Shown one piece after another: positions 12,720 to 30,110 of a stretch of DNA of 64,000 nucleotides. Each line of letters starts with the position of its first letter. Position 1 is the first letter of the stretch. The stretch comes from the human T2T-CHM13v2.0 reference genome, Homo sapiens. The stretch lies in assembly GCF_009914755.1 (NCBI RefSeq), contig NC_060930.1; one strand, written 5' to 3'. A model generated the notes under the pieces. The model made no database searches. It was not told where the DNA came from and saw only the letters and a list, made by a program, of their open reading frames with translations. Made by a program: the position numbers and the translations under genes.

Positions 12720-15700
12720 ACATCCTTCTGACATACTGAGAGTTAGATTTTGCAGAAAGTTGGGGGCATTTTAATTGTTTTCTGGTTGAACTAAATATGC
12801 TTTGGCATTGCCTCCTCTCTGTCTTCCAGCATCCCCTCAAATGGTGTAACTCCCCGCAGAGCTTCCTCTTTTGCTTTGTAAGGTGCATTGTTTGTGTGAT
12901 CACAGAGCTAGATTATTCTAACATAGGAGAGGCTGAGGGGTCTTGAGCTCATTTTTCCACCACTAATTACTCTGTCCTGACCCTCCAACATCTTGGCTTT
13001 GAGGGCCCATGCGTGGGACACTTACCAGACCAAGTTTCAAAAAAAGTAACTTTTCAGGAAGTACTGAGGAAGTTAGAACATGAAAGATTATTGAATTGTT
13101 GAAATCAGTAAAAAAAACTATGGCTTTTCTTTGCAGTTTCTTTTAGGCCTACTCCTCATTCTTTATTCCTCCCAATTCCTTGTAGATTTCCTTATTAGAG
13201 CAAAAGTTCCTTTAAAAATCAAAGATGCCTACTTGCACAGAGCTGATATAAAGATTTCCTTAAATTGGACAAAGGTAAAAATGTGATTTATTTTTGTGGT
13301 ATTAAGTATTTTCAGTTCTATGATATGATGCAAATAATGTGGAAAATAATGTATGCAGATTCCCTTCTGAGTTGCCATACACTAGTATTCATTTTATAAA
13401 TTAATTTTGCTGTAACAGAACCCAAACATGCCTTTTACATTTCCAATTGACTTTTATTAAAATAATCTAGATTTTTCCCCCCACTTTCACCAAGCAAGTA
13501 CAATGTATGTACTTGTAAAAGGCTATGTACAATGTACCTTTTAATCCAATTGCTAAAAACTAGTGAGATCTCATTATTTACAAAGTCTAGATAATTAGGA
13601 TTATAAGTTTCAGGTCTTGTTTGTATCCCCCTAGTAATATATAAATCAACTTTGAATAATAAGTTGCCAAGATGTCTAGTGTGACTCAGTTCTCATGTTT
13701 TAATATATATAAATGAAACCCTGTAATACTCTTTTATGATAGTGCTTGAAGTCTATGTCTATTTATATTATTTTATCCATCATAATATGGAGTGAATGAA
13801 TGGTTATTGAAAACATAGACTTTTGGAACCGGGTACATGCAAGATATTCTCTGGTTCATTTGTTTATTATATTTAGAGGTGTGTGAGACTCAAAGTCATT
13901 TCAGTAACTTTCCCAGAATCACTTAATTTATGGCAGACCAAACCAGTAGATATATAGATATAGCAGTTAAGATAGATTCTTAAATATCTGAGAAATTATT
14001 AATACATCCATAATGTAAAGCTGTAAGTTACTAAGCAATACTATAGTGCACACAGTATATTATATATAAATTTCATGCAAAATGGATACTCTTACTTAGG
14101 CTATAGAAGGATTTGGGCCAAAGGTACTTCTTTATATCAGCCTCATTTTTTTTTTCTGAAATCATTTAGCAGATTGTTTTTGACAGGGTTTACAGACTTG
14201 GAAATATATGTCCCTTAAGTGATCATTTCCCTTTATCTGTTATTTAATTCTTAAAAGTTTTTCAGTTGTGTTGAATTTTGTTATAATGTTATTGTAGAGC
14301 TCCATTAATCTGTTTTTTCAAAATTAGAACTCCCTATGAGTTTTTCTTCTGCTGAAAAAAATAAATCCTCCTATCTCTATTTAGGCAATTACAAAAGAAG
14401 TCTGAATAATATTCAGTTGTGAGGGTGATAGTGACAGTTGTGTGACTAAAGAACATTAACCCAAGGTACACCTATATTTCATTAAGTATCTAGGTCATAC
14501 AAAAGCATATTGCTAATAGCTCTGTATTATAATAGACTTCAAAGGGAAAAACAATGTAGGTTTTAACATAAAATATTGAAAATAGTGAAGCATATTTGTA
14601 AGGAAATGCAAGTTTTCAATGTCAACACTAATGAATATTTTCTATGAAATCTGTCATTTATTTTCACTTTTCTTATCACTGGTTTCTACCACACTTTTTG
14701 GTTATTTGGTGCATTTATTAAATTACAATAAAAATCATACAGAAGGCTTCACAATCTTATGCAATTGTATGACTCAGTAGAACTTAGATATTTTCAGTAT
14801 GCGTATTACTATCAGACACATTTTCCCAACACACTGTTTTGACTAGATATTCTCTTTTCTAGCACTTATATTGGTCTCCAGACCAAATGTAATAATGAAT
14901 CATATTTTCAAGATCTTTCATAATCTGTATAAATCCTGTCTAACTAAATTTATTCCTTGCTTGTGAGCATAATGATCTTTGTATTTAACTTTATGTTAAT
15001 TCAATAAACATTTGTTAGAATATTACCCTCATCTTCTTTTTTACTTTTGCCTCTGTATCTTTGCAGTACTAGCCTTTCACCTTGGATGGCTAAAAATAAT
15101 TTTGCTCATTATTTACTGCTTATCCATGAAGACCTGTTGTCTCTTTCATTCTACTGTATTCCCCCCTTTACAACCATGTACATATAGATTATTGTTTTTT
15201 CTTTCTCTGAATTACCATTCCCGTGTATTACTTAACACTTGATTATGTACTTTCCTGAATGGCCTTACATTTTGCAATGCATATGAACTTATCAAAATAT
15301 CCATTGACTATATATGTAATATATACTGTAGGTGTCCTCCGGGGTCTGGGTCACTTTGGGAAAATTTAGTACTGTAAGAAAGATAAGTGAAGAAAAATGT
15401 CCTTGGGTCAGGTTCTCGGAGACCGTTAATACTAAAAGATGTGAAGTTTTACTCAAATCTTAAAAATGACCTGGGGTAGCGTTCTGAAAGTTTTCTAAGT
15501 CTCATGTTTCCGATGAATGCATTTATTTATTTACCTTTTCGAATTATAATGCAAGAATTGTGAATTCATGACAAGAATTAATGAAGAAGCAAGTACATAA
15601 TTTAAGAAATATATAATGTCATGGTAGTTTAATGAACACCAATTAATAGAACTGGTTTCTTGATTAATATAATAGATTGATGTACCTTTTGAAAAGCCTT

Positions 15701-17229
15701 ATACTAATCAGGCATATAATTTTTCTTCAATTATATATAGCCATGTGGCCATGTGTGCAACACAGTGTAATTTTGATAACTAACCAAGCATGTAATAATT
15801 TCAGATCAGATTTGGCATACCTCATTTCTAATTATTATTCTTTCCCAGGAATGTAACCCATCATTTAAAAAAAAAAGTTACATTATATTTTGCCTTTTGC
15901 AGCATAGCTAGAAGTTACTGTAGATTTCATGTAATTTTTCCACACATCAAGTGAGAGTACAAAGAAACAGAAGCCCTGAAAAGCAACCTGGCTTGGTTGA
16001 CATCAGATAAGCTTGTCAGAGATGTATAATCTAGTCTTCTGGATGCTGATCCAGCGTATTATTTTGTCATGCAAGAAAGACTGTCATTTGTTCTGCATTT
16101 AGTGTGACAGAAACATCCATTGGCTGAGTGACTTCAATTACTTTTTGCAAACAAAATCCTTTATGTATCCTAGTAATGTGTTTTTGTTCACTTCCAAAGT
16201 CTAAAGTAATGTGTTACATGCAGACTATCTGGCAAATTAAAAATAAATTTTTAAATATGCTAATTAAAGAATACCATGTTGTACAATACTGTTTCTGTAT
16301 TCAAAAAATTCTGATTAAAAAAACTAGTGCCAGACTGCACCAGACATATGTTTTTATAAGTTATTTTATAAAATAAATGTGAAATATGGACTTTAAAAAT
16401 CTTAATGCCTATATATCATTACACCCCTCATTAATGCATAGCTAATGCATTAAATTAATAATTTTGGGTATGATTTTAAGACTTTTTATATATTTGACAT
16501 TATGAAAAGTATTCTCAAACATGAATGAGACTGTTATCACTGGTTTCTCCCTTCATCTGGCTCCTCATACCATTTATAAATAAGAAAAAGGTTGTGGGAA
16601 GCTACTGGAATGATTGAAATTGTTCTTTCTAGAGAAAATCTGATTGGAGTATGTTTCACAGGTAGTTTGAAGAATGTTATCACAGATAAAATTCGAGCAT
16701 GGTCCAGTATTTTGTTTAAACACTGTAATTAGCGTAAATAAAATTATTTCATATATTATCCATAACTTTGCTCATCTTCTAAGGTATTCACAATGTATCC
16801 ATTACATTATGCTGTATATTGCCATTTGCCTATTCTCAGGTCATTCCATTCCCCCTCATTTCTTTACAATTTTTGTTTTCTGGTCTCTGTCACTCTTTTC
16901 AACATTATTCATCTGACTACCACCTCTGCTTCTATTTTTGGCTTACCATCTCTAGTATCTGCTAGTAAAAAATACTCTTGTGTTTTTAATTTTTTAATCT
17001 TTATGTTATAAAAACTTTCAAAAGTAGGAAGAATAGTATATGGAGCCCTTATGTACAACCAACTAGCTTCAACAATTATCATTCACGGCCATTTTTTTCA
17101 TCCATTATAATGGGAAGTAAATATAAGGCGTGATGTTTTCATCTGTAACTATATTAACATGTATATTTTAAAGATAAGATATATATTCAATCTTTAACAA
17201 TAATCCTTTAATATCTAATGTTCTTTAAT

Positions 17230-18161
17230 GCCAGCAGGATCTAAAATTCATTTATCCTACCTTCATTTCACTGCCTCTCACATTCATGACATCTTCTCTC
17301 CTTTCTATATCAAACTTAAAGCCCATGATCAATCATTTCAGCCACTCCATATTATATACACCTTCAATCTCCCTGCCCTCTTTCAATTTGTTACACACTC
17401 ATGGCAGAACCACAGCCATGGCTAAATCAGACTCTGCCTACTCCATTCCTAGAGGCTTGCCACCAAACAGCGTTGAAGAATAACTCACAACCACATTGAC
17501 TGGTCCCATATTAAATTTATGACCTGGTGAGTCTTAAAGCTAACCATCAATCATATTATATTTTCTTAGTCTATTTTATTTTCTACTCTCCTAGATGACT
17601 ACATAGTACCCTTTTCCTCAGATCTCTAAAATGTCTTCTGGAATCTTCACTCTGAGTTGAAGACCTTGCTTCCCACTACACTGAGAAAATCAAAGAACTC
17701 AGAAGAGAACATCCACAGCACCACTGCCATGCTGTCTCCCCCAGCAGCATCTGCACCTTTATACTTAGCCCTCTGGCTTCATATAATAGATGACCAGTTA
17801 CTAGTCTTTACTTTACTTTCTGTGCTATAATTTTCTTTTTTCTTTTTTTTTTTTTAACTTTTGCACTAGACTCTATACCTTATTGCCTACTAAAAGATAT
17901 TGTTCCAGAAATTCTCCCCTTCTCCACCTCACCTCCCACCTTCTCTTGCACTATTAATTTTACTCTTTACTGTAGCATTTCATTAGCATAAAGACATACC
18001 GTTATTTCTCTCACCTTAAAATATTTTTAGATTCTACATATGAGTGACATCACTCAGTATTTGTCTTTCTGTGTCTGCCTTATTTCACTTAAAATAATGC
18101 CCTCCGGGTTCATTCATGTTGTAACAAATAGGATTCTTTTTATGGTCAAACAGTATTCATT

Positions 18162-18199
<38 letters not shown>

Positions 18200-19405
18200 C
18201 CACATTTTCTTTGTGCATCTGTTGATGGACACCTAGATTGAGTCTCTATCTTAACATCATGTTGTACATGATGATTACACACAATTTTATGCCAATTAAA
18301 AAATAAAAAGTACAACTTCTTTTGATTCAGCTCTACCCCCAACTACTGTTCAATTTCTCTGCTTCCTATTGTAGCCAAATTACACAAAAATAGTTTTCTG
18401 TATCTTCTATATCTAGTATCTGCCCCGATTCTCTCTTAAATGCCTTCCACTGAGGCTTTTGCTGTTCCTTCTCCACTAAAACTATTCTTGGCCTAGCAGT
18501 AGGATTTGAACCTCTCAAGTTCACCTTCCTTCTTACAAATGCACTGTCTTTATTGGTGTTCAGTATTCCACCTGCCCTGTGTTTCCTCAGTCTCCTTTGC
18601 TGGGAATTTTTCTGGTATTAGACTTCTTAACTTGGAGTGTACCAGGGCTTGATTCTTGGTCTTCTTCACTTTTTCTCCCTTTTCTCTCATACCTTACAGT
18701 CAGTCCATCCACAAGACCTTTGGACTCAAAGATATCCAGTATCTGGCTATCTCTTTTCATCCCTGACACTACCATCTTGGTCCTACACACCGTCACCTCT
18801 CACTTCACTTGCACCAGTAGTTCTAACTGGCCTCCATGTTTCCATCCTTGCTACCTTTTTTAAAGCCTATTCTTAACACAGTAGCCAGAACAATCCTTTC
18901 AAAACATAACCAGATCATTTCATTACTTCAACTCAAAGCCCTTTAATAGCTTACAGTCTTATTCAGAAAAAAAGATACTGAAGGCTTTTAGTGACTTTAA
19001 GACATTGTGATAACTCTCCCATTCTCATTTCATTCCTGCTATCTCGTTTCTGTTTTTTGGATTGCCAGAGCAAAGTTGCTGGTTTCCTCTGCCTGCAACA
19101 GTCTTCTTGAAGATATCAATGTGGATAATGTCATTTCCTTTAAATTCTATTCAAAGGACACTGTCTCAGAGAGACCTTCCCCGAAACCCCCAAACTCCTC
19201 CTGAATTTCCAGGAACCCATGATCCCCTATTCTGCTCTTTTTTTTCCAAAAAACCTATAGCTTGTTATATAATTGACTTATTTATTATCTTTATTACTTA
19301 TTATGTCTTCCCCCACTAGAATGTAAGCTTCATAAGGGCAGGATTTTGTTCTTCTTGCATGGCCCATAGTAGGTGGTCAATAAATATGCCTGGCACATAG
19401 AAGGT
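17230..19405 (+). mobile_element. L2 LINE remnant, interrupted by an L1 fragment (approximate ends)
   Basis: C/T-rich L2-like text ending in typical L2 3' motifs: ccccactagaatgtaagcttcataagggcagg...caataaatatgcctggcacatag. Confidence 0.6.
18024..18309. mobile_element. Old L1M 3'-end fragments with an internal (CA)n
   Basis: 18024-18252 reads as antisense L1 ORF2 end/3' UTR (tttttagattctacatatgagtga...gttgatggacacctag); 18253-18309 resembles a sense L1MA 3' terminus with an A-rich end. Confidence 0.6.
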
Positions 19406-19590
19406 GGACAGCCACTTAAATGATTTTTCCCCTTCTGCTAGCATTATTTTACTTTCATTCCAACAATCAACACAGACTCTACATCTTAGGGACCTGTTCT
19501 TTAGGGCATTTTCCTTCTAAATTATATCACCTTTTTAATTCACTTTTTTCTTTTGCTTATTTTATCTGCTAAAGTAATTTTAGGCAAGTA

Positions 19591-19826
19591 CAGCTGGCCC
19601 TTAAACAACATGGGTGTGAACTGCTTCAATCCACTTTTTGCAGATTTTTTTCAACCAAACATGTATAAAATACTCCAGTATTTAAGGGGTGTGAAACTCA
19701 CATATATGGAGGTCCTGCTTTCCATATACGTGGGTTCTTCAGGGCTGACTGTGACTTGAGTATGTGCAGATTTTGGTATATGCAGAGGTCCTGGAACCAT
19801 TCCCCCAGTAAACTGAGGAACAACTG
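19591..19826 (-). mobile_element. MER8 (TcMar-Tigger DNA transposon derivative)
   Basis: TA-flanked, with cagctggccctt...gaggaacaactg termini; internal 'gacttgagtatgtgcagattttggtata...gtcctggaacca'. Confidence 0.8.
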
Positions 19827-20346
19827 TATATTTAATTTTTTGGTCTTCAAGTCATCTTATACTCTTTCTCCATCTTTCATCCTTTCCTAGGTATATTTCT
19901 ATTTCTAGAATATTTTTTTCTCTGTCTCAGTTCCCCAAGACTTTTATTCTTAATGACTGGTTCAAAAAAATCCTACTTTCCCCTGGAAATGCCTCTTAGA
20001 AAAATTGTAACACTGGTTTCCACCTTGTCCTGTTTGTCTACCTTACAGGCAGTCTTGAAATCCATGATTTGGATTTGCCCATTTTTCAAAATCCTACTGA
20101 AATGCAGATTTCCTTTAAATTAAAGCTAATATGAAAATGACTTAGTGTACAAATCTGCATATAGTTATTTGCTTATTTTAATATGGTTTTATCTTCTGTT
20201 TTAGAAAATGAAATGAATATTTGTATATACATACATATATGTATTTAATTTTTAAAATTTTATCTGACCTTTACTGAAAGTAAGCAATTTCTTAAATCTT
20301 TCTCTATCAAGGATCTAAAATTGTTTCATATTCTTATATTTAACAG

Positions 20347-20511
20347 GTCATTGCTTTAGTGATGGATATATTTACAGATGTGGACATTTTCAAAGAAATC
20401 GTTGAGGCATCAACTCGAGGAGTATCTGTTTACATTCTGCTTGATGAGTCCAATTTTAATCATTTTCTAAATATGACTGAGAAACAAGGTTGTTCAGTTC
20501 AGCGTCTCAGG
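20347..20511 (+). CDS. FAM83B: FAM83B internal coding exon (probably exon 3), 165 nt, DUF1669/pseudo-PLD domain
   Basis: Acceptor ttaacag| and donor |gtaaga; 55 codons [55 protein letters not shown] with the FAM83 'VIAxVMDxFTDVDIF' signature. Confidence 0.96.
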
Positions 20512-20708
20512 GTAAGAATTCTGTTTTTTTTTTCCTCAAGTATTTTATGTGTCATTTTCAACTCAGTCAAATGTAAGGCATCTTAAGGTAGATGAATATA
20601 AAACTGAAAAACAAAAAAAAATACGTATTTAAGGTTATGGAATGATTGATCACAGAAAGGTCCCCTGTACTTTTTAGAATGCAACTGAAAGCACATCTTC
20701 ATGGGAGT

Positions 20709-21008
20709 GTTTGTTTGTTTGTTTTTGAGACGGAGTCTTGCTCTCCCTCCCAGAGTGGAGTGCACTGGTGCATTCTCAGCTCACTGCTACCTCCGCCTCC
20801 CAGGTCAAGCAATTCTCCTGCCTCAGCCTCTCGAGTAGCTGGGATTACAGGTGCCCGCCACCATGCCCAGCTAATTTTTTTTGTATTTTTAGTAGAGACG
20901 GGGTTTCACCATCTTGGCCAGGCTGGTCTTGAACTCCTGACCTCGTGATCCACCCAAAGTGGCCTCCCAAAGTGCTGGGATTACAGATGTGAGCCACCGT
21001 GCCCGGCC
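20709..21008 (-). mobile_element. Alu SINE (AluSg-like) in the 973-bp intron
   Basis: Antisense Alu dimer with (GTTT)n tail; ttcatg-containing degenerate TSD on both sides. Confidence 0.93.
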
Positions 21009-21484
21009 TTCATGAGGGTTTTATATTGTGCTTTTCCTGATTAATATTTAATACATCAGTTTTGCATGCACAGCTTTGAAACCAGTGACTCTGGTGCTTC
21101 TATGGTTCAGCATGTATTGCTTATTAGAATCATTTCACGTAGTATTTTCTGTTACTTTTGACTTTTTAAAAGGAAGGTTAATTTTAATTTTAGTTAATTT
21201 ATCATCAAGGCATTATAACCCAAAAGGGTTTTTTTATAGTGAGAGGCTGAGTGATCTTTGATGCTATTCTGTGTAAATGTAAAGTGAAATCTCCTATTTA
21301 AGCTATATTGAAATGTATATTTTAAATGATTATTTTCATTAAGGATTTAATATTTGGGAGTTTTTTTTTTAATTACCTTAAGTAAATTTTTTTATATTAA
21401 GATTCTATCATGATATGGATTTTGGTTTTCAAAATATTCTTTTCCTAGCCATAATGTCTGCTTTTTATTTACATATAATTCTAG

Positions 21485-21609
21485 AATATTCGAGTGCGAA
21501 CAGTAAAAGGCCAAGATTATCTTTCAAAAACAGGGGCAAAATTCCATGGAAAAATGGAACAGAAATTTTTGTTAGTTGACTGCCAGAAAGTGATGTACGG
21601 TTCTTACAG
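21485..21609 (+). CDS. FAM83B: FAM83B internal coding exon (probably exon 4), 125 nt
   Basis: Acceptor ttctag| and donor |gtaaga; [41 protein letters not shown](S); in frame with the previous exon and ends in phase 2. Missed by the ORF track. Confidence 0.96.
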
Positions 21610-21698
21610 GTAAGATCATTGTGTTTAACTTCAGTGTTATCAATCGTTTTGATGATTTATTAGTTTCAAATTTTAATATAATCAGTTAAGCTTTTTCT

Positions 21699-21730
<32 letters not shown>

Positions 21731-24700
21731 GAGAACACTTGCATGGAGATTAGAGACCTAGGTTTGAGTCATGAGTCTGCCACTAAAGAGCATTAAGATC
21801 TTATGCAAATCATATAACTTCCTTGAGCTTCAGATTGTTCATCCAGAACATGAAGACATTGACCAATATCTAAGGTTCCCTACAGCTCTGTGGTACTAAA
21901 AGTGGTTTTGCTCCTTATGGAAACATTACATAGTATGGATTTAGTTACAATCGTTTGTAAAAACAGAAGCTATTTACCACTTTAAGTAATCTGGTAAATG
22001 GATTTTTCTTATTTTGTATTCTTAAGAATCTGATCAAAGCAGAACTGGCAACCCAGTCCAGGTGAGGCTGGCTCGAGAGTGTAAACACTGCCCTAATACT
22101 CTCTTGTAAATAAATCCCCTGGCTTCAGTCCTGAATCAGATACATAGTGAGGCTACATAAACAGGCAGATAAAAGCACCACCAAATACCCATGAACTGCT
22201 AGGTCACTGAGGCAGGGTAGAGTCATTATTAAAGACTGAGGGAAGAATCCAGAAGAGCTATGGATGTGAACACGACTGTGTAAGGCGAAACCTTTGTCTC
22301 CTGTCTTAGTAACAGAAAGTCCATGAGAAGGAGGTATCACATTGAAATGGTGGCCTTGAGCAAATTACTTTATTTGGTTGCACTTTAGTTTGCTCCGCTA
22401 TAAAATAAATCATAGAACTGGCCTCATATCATTGTTGTGAGGATTAAATGAGTTCATGCATCCCAAACCCCTAATGTTAACTACTATTTTAGGACTTGAT
22501 TTGTTACTTTCTGCTAACTCTCTCTTTAAGCTCGGGACCTTTTTAAAAAAACATGCTGTTTGGAGTTCCAAATGAAAACATATTAACAGCAGAAAATACA
22601 GCTAGTGCTTGAAATTCGTGAGTCCTTTTAAAGACTCATTATATGTGAATATATTTGTCCAGACCCACTTGGTTTTGGAGAGTTTTTAATTGAACTTTTA
22701 ATTAAAATTGAGAGTTCACTTGACTTGTAGAATCATTGTTATTTAAGGTCATCATAATTAATAGTTTCTATGGTTATTATTTAAGTTTTAAGATTATCTT
22801 TGACAGTAAATTTACCTCAGCTTTGTTTTGCTGCCACTAGATATTAATAGTTGCTAGTGTTGCAATGACTATAGTTGAGCTACTTTTGATTAATGTGGGG
22901 GAAAATCAAACAGCAGTGACAAAAAAATTATATATCTCTATCTTTCTGTCTATATCAGAAGCCAGAGGCAGAATTTAAGTTACTATTTATGATAGTAACT
23001 GTAGAATTCCTAGGACCATGGATTATAAAAAATTTATCACAACTCTTAACTAACACTCTATTCTCTGTGTTATCTCAAGTTCATTTTAAATATATTTCTT
23101 TAAATAATTTATAGTTGTAATCATTGTCCTTTTTATTTTTTCTGACATTATCATGGACCTTTCCTGTTGCTAACAATATTCGAACGAGATGTGGTAGACT
23201 AGTTTTGAACTAGTTTGGTTAAAAGTGAATTTCCTTTTGGTTTAAAAACAGCCTTTGTCCCTCACATTCTGGTATTGCTATTGTTTTCCTCATAGGCAAG
23301 TTGAAAATGCCTTCTTCTTTAATTCAGTATTCTTTGCCATGGGATATCATTGGATTCTAAACTCCTACCATTCCTGGAGAGGCCCAGAATCTGTATTTAC
23401 CACAGTTACACATTGTGTGACAGCTCACTCACATGCTGATGATTTTATCAGGAAAACATGAGGAGTTTTTTCATAACATGATACTAACATTGATGAATGT
23501 TTAATAAAGCATTGTCTATAAATCAAACTGAGAGATAATTTTATAGGCTTTTTCATTTTTAATCTCATGAGCTCAATGAAAGTTACTTTCAAAAGACAAA
23601 TTGGCTGAAGTTGGCACCTCTCAGGTTCCATTTTTAACCACACATAAAAATCATCACAGTTGAGGTCCATGCTGCAACCAGCATACTGTTACTATTTACA
23701 TTTGATGGACTTTAAGCCCCCAGCCAGGAACTCGGAATTTTTAAGTCAACTTCATGACTAATATCTGACAGTGTGTGTTTAGTGGAGCTGGGAGTAGACA
23801 GTTTTTTTTTAATCCATGAAAATATTTGCACATTTTAAAAAAATCAAATATTACTAAAATATGTGCAGTACAAAACAGTGACTTTTGTTTTCCATCTCTA
23901 GCCAACTCTGGTCCTGATCTCCAGATGCAGTTGCTCAATTCTTTTAGTTGGTTCTTCTGATATTTATTTCATCCCTTAAATAACATGATTATGTTATTCT
24001 TTTTTGATTTACCAATTTCATATATTATCTTGGCTTTTTATTTTTGGAGAATTGTATTTACTACCTACTATTCCTTCTTGTCTGCATTATAGTTTTATCA
24101 CAATTTTTGGTTAAATGAGAAGTCCAGGTCTACATTATTGAAATTGTGTCAAAATGGATCACTGATGAGCCATAGAGTGATGTACGTTTCTTTTTTCGAA
24201 ACAAAGTTAATAATGGCCATTTTGTTTTTATTAATTGTGTTTGTTTTCTATTTATCTATTGCTACTTCTTTCTCCAGTTGACCACATAGATTTTGCAGCA
24301 CATGAATGATTTTCCCAAATGCTCAGTTACAACCAACCATCTATGACATCCCATCTGAACTAGCAGGTCCTTAAATTGGAAGCACACCTGGGGGCCTGGT
24401 ATTTTTCATATTTCTAAGTGATTTGATCCATGATTTCTTAAATCCTGTATTTCCTCATTTTGTTTCCAAGTCTTCATTTTTCTCCCAAGATTGCTCAAGG
24501 ACTTTTAAATTAAAAAATTTATAATTCTAAGTCATTTATGGCTTAATGTGGGATGGAACTCTAAGTTGAACCATTTTTCCTCCAAATTGGTAAGGTATTA
24601 CCCCATAATCAAAGTTGCTGCTGAGAAGTTTCAGCAATTATTATTAGTCACATTCTTTTCACGCAGCCATGTTTTCTTTCTTGAACCTTTCAGAATTTCC

Positions 24701-24879
24701 CTTTTTTCCCTATTTGTTTTTGTTTTTTCTAGTTTCTTGAGGTATAAAGCTAGGTTGTTGCGTGAGATCTTTTAGCTTTAAAAAAATGTTTTATTGATAA
24801 AAATACATGTACATATGGTATAGGTCATATTTTTCATATTTTATTACATGCATAGACTAGGTAATATTAAGTCAGAGGA

Positions 24880-27600
<2,721 letters not shown>

Positions 27601-29129
27601 CTGTCTTTGTTCAGGGAAAGACCTTTACCATTCAGCCCAGCCACAGATTCTAGGACCTTTCAAATCTTTTCTGACCTCTCGTTCCTTTGGTGTCTGCCCA
27701 TGGAACTGCAGGTTTAACATGCTGCTTACCTCTATTTTCAATGATTTCTAAACTCTGGTTCCAATCCTACCAGCACTCAGGTAAGATAGAAGCCAGTCTC
27801 TTGGGCTGCACTGAAGACAAGCCAGAATTATGATCCACAGTCTACTCTTTTGTTTCCATCCTGAGGGAGGACCCCCAGTCTGGGGGCTGGGGGAAAAGTT
27901 TCTCTCTGTTTGTTTCATGCTGTACCATATGGGGGAGGAATAGGAATGAGCTGGCCAAACATCACAGGTTTTTCAACCTGTATGGCTGGAATATAATGTT
28001 CTGGGTGCTCTATCTTTTCAATTGGTCGCTAGCATTTCACAGAGGTCTTCTGTTTCACATATTGTTGTTAACTAGTGTCTCTATGGGGTACGTAGGGCTT
28101 GTAACTTTTTAATCTGCCACTTTACTGACCTTGTGTTTGTGTTTTCGGAAGTATTTTTATTTGTAGTTTGTGTCTGTTTCTTCTAGGTGCCATTTTCCAG
28201 CTTGTTTTGATCTATGATTGCATCTAAGCTCTTAAGCTTTATAAGCTGTCTTTGAAACTTTGTTTATTCATCTGTTAATCTTTGTTATGTGTTTATATTT
28301 AAGAATGAGGGACTGTAAAGCTGATTAGAAACTGAGCGGGAAATGCTTATCAACGTTTGAGTTTACAGCTGAATGATAGACTGGGGACCTGGCAACTTTA
28401 CAGGAGAATCCCCGACTATCAATATAAATATCACTTATCTGTGGTTTTTCAATGTTTCCAGAGAATAATGTCTTTCTCCAAAAGATTGTCAAAGGAGATG
28501 GAATTTGGAATGCAGTCAGAATATGATCCTAACTGAAGATATTCTAGAAGCAGAATGGGAAAGAGAGCTGAGGGTCTGATAAGTCTCATTTTTAGCTCAC
28601 CTTTATCCCAGTCATGGTTTGTTTAAAGTTTCTGAGTTCAGACTTTCTCTGGATTGGTTTCTGCTGAAGTAAACCTTAGATTCCTGAAAGGGATAGGAAG
28701 GAGTGCTTCATGGGAAAGGAAAGAGTAGGGAACCTGGAGGCCCAACTGCTCTATATGAGACTTTCAATCAATCTTCCTGTTTCTCTATTTTCATGACCTT
28801 TCTAACCCACCATTTGTAGTACCTTTTGATCCGATGTTGAATTCATAAAGATTCTGCTGGGCCCATCTGGCTTATTCTCATTGCTGCTCACCTCATGCAA
28901 ACTTCCTATAAGTCAGCCACCACTTCTCCATCAGATTTCTCTGTTCTAAACATTTATTAAATACTTTCACTTGCTACTTCCCTTTTCCCTTTGCTATCTT
29001 TTTAGTATTGTGTAGGAAAGAAAAAGAAATAAACCTGCATGATAATCCAGATTTAATGTAAACCTTTTAAGTTTTCCACCAACATAAACATCTTTGCCTT
29101 TTAGTCTTGATTTTGAAACTAATAGTTCA

Positions 29130-30110
29130 TTTATATTATCATTTGTTTATTTACAACTAATGTTTTTAAGTGTTTACAATATGCCAAGCACCGTTCTTAG
29201 CCCCTGGAAGTGCAGTCCTAAATAAGGTACACAAGATTGCTGAGCTAAATTTTATTTTAGTGGGCACTGGAGACAGACAAAGGGAGAACATACAAGAAAC
29301 CATCTGATAGTGGTAATGGGGTATTGTATAAATGAAATCAGGGGAATATGATAAAGCATGATCAGATGGATACTTTGAATAGAGTGATCATAAATGTCTT
29401 CTAAGAGCATGTCAGCAGGGGAAGAGATATATTGAAGAGGGAACAATAGATAAAAGATCCTGGGGCAGATATCTGGGGGATAGCAGAAAGGCCAGTGTGG
29501 TAGGACCACATTAAGCAAGGGAAGAGCTATCCATAGTAAAACTGGAAAGCAGGCAGGGTAGGAATTATCTTAGGCCAGGTAAGGAGCCTGAATTTTCTTT
29601 TAAACAAAACAGAAAGTTCTGTGTGGAAGTGTGACATGACCCAATTTGTTTTATGCAAAGATCACTTCTGCTGTTCTGTTGATTGAAAAATGAGCAAATG
29701 AGAACACTAAGAGTCAAATTAGCCGAAAATGCTAAGACTAGGGTGATAGTGGGATAGGACTGATTTGTGAGAAGTTTTGCAAGCAGAGTCAACAGGACCT
29801 TTTGGTTCTGAAAAAGAGGGCATTCAAAGATGACTGCTTGTTTCCTGTCTTGATCACCTGAAAGATGGCTGAGTCACTCACTTAAGCAATACTAGGGAAG
29901 GAATAGGTCGGGGAAGGAGGAGTGCTAGATGACAACTTATGAGTCATACATGTGAGGCTTGCAAGGCCCACTAAAATTTTGGGTAGAGATTGGACACAGA
30001 TTCCAGAGATGAGGAAGAGGTCAGCACTGGCAATACGGACTTCGGACTTCATAGTTAATGGCATAGAAATCACCTACGATAATAGAGGAATACAGAGATC
30101 ATTTCCAAGC
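29130..30110 (-). mobile_element. L2 LINE remnant (approximate ends)
   Basis: Starts with an antisense L2 3'-end motif (atttacaactaatgtttttaagtgtttacaatatgccaagcac), followed by purine-rich L2-like text. Confidence 0.6.

Noticed and set aside
20359-20586. 75-aa ORF as a standalone gene
   Set aside because: It is the FAM83B exon read past its splice donor at 20511/20512 into the intron.
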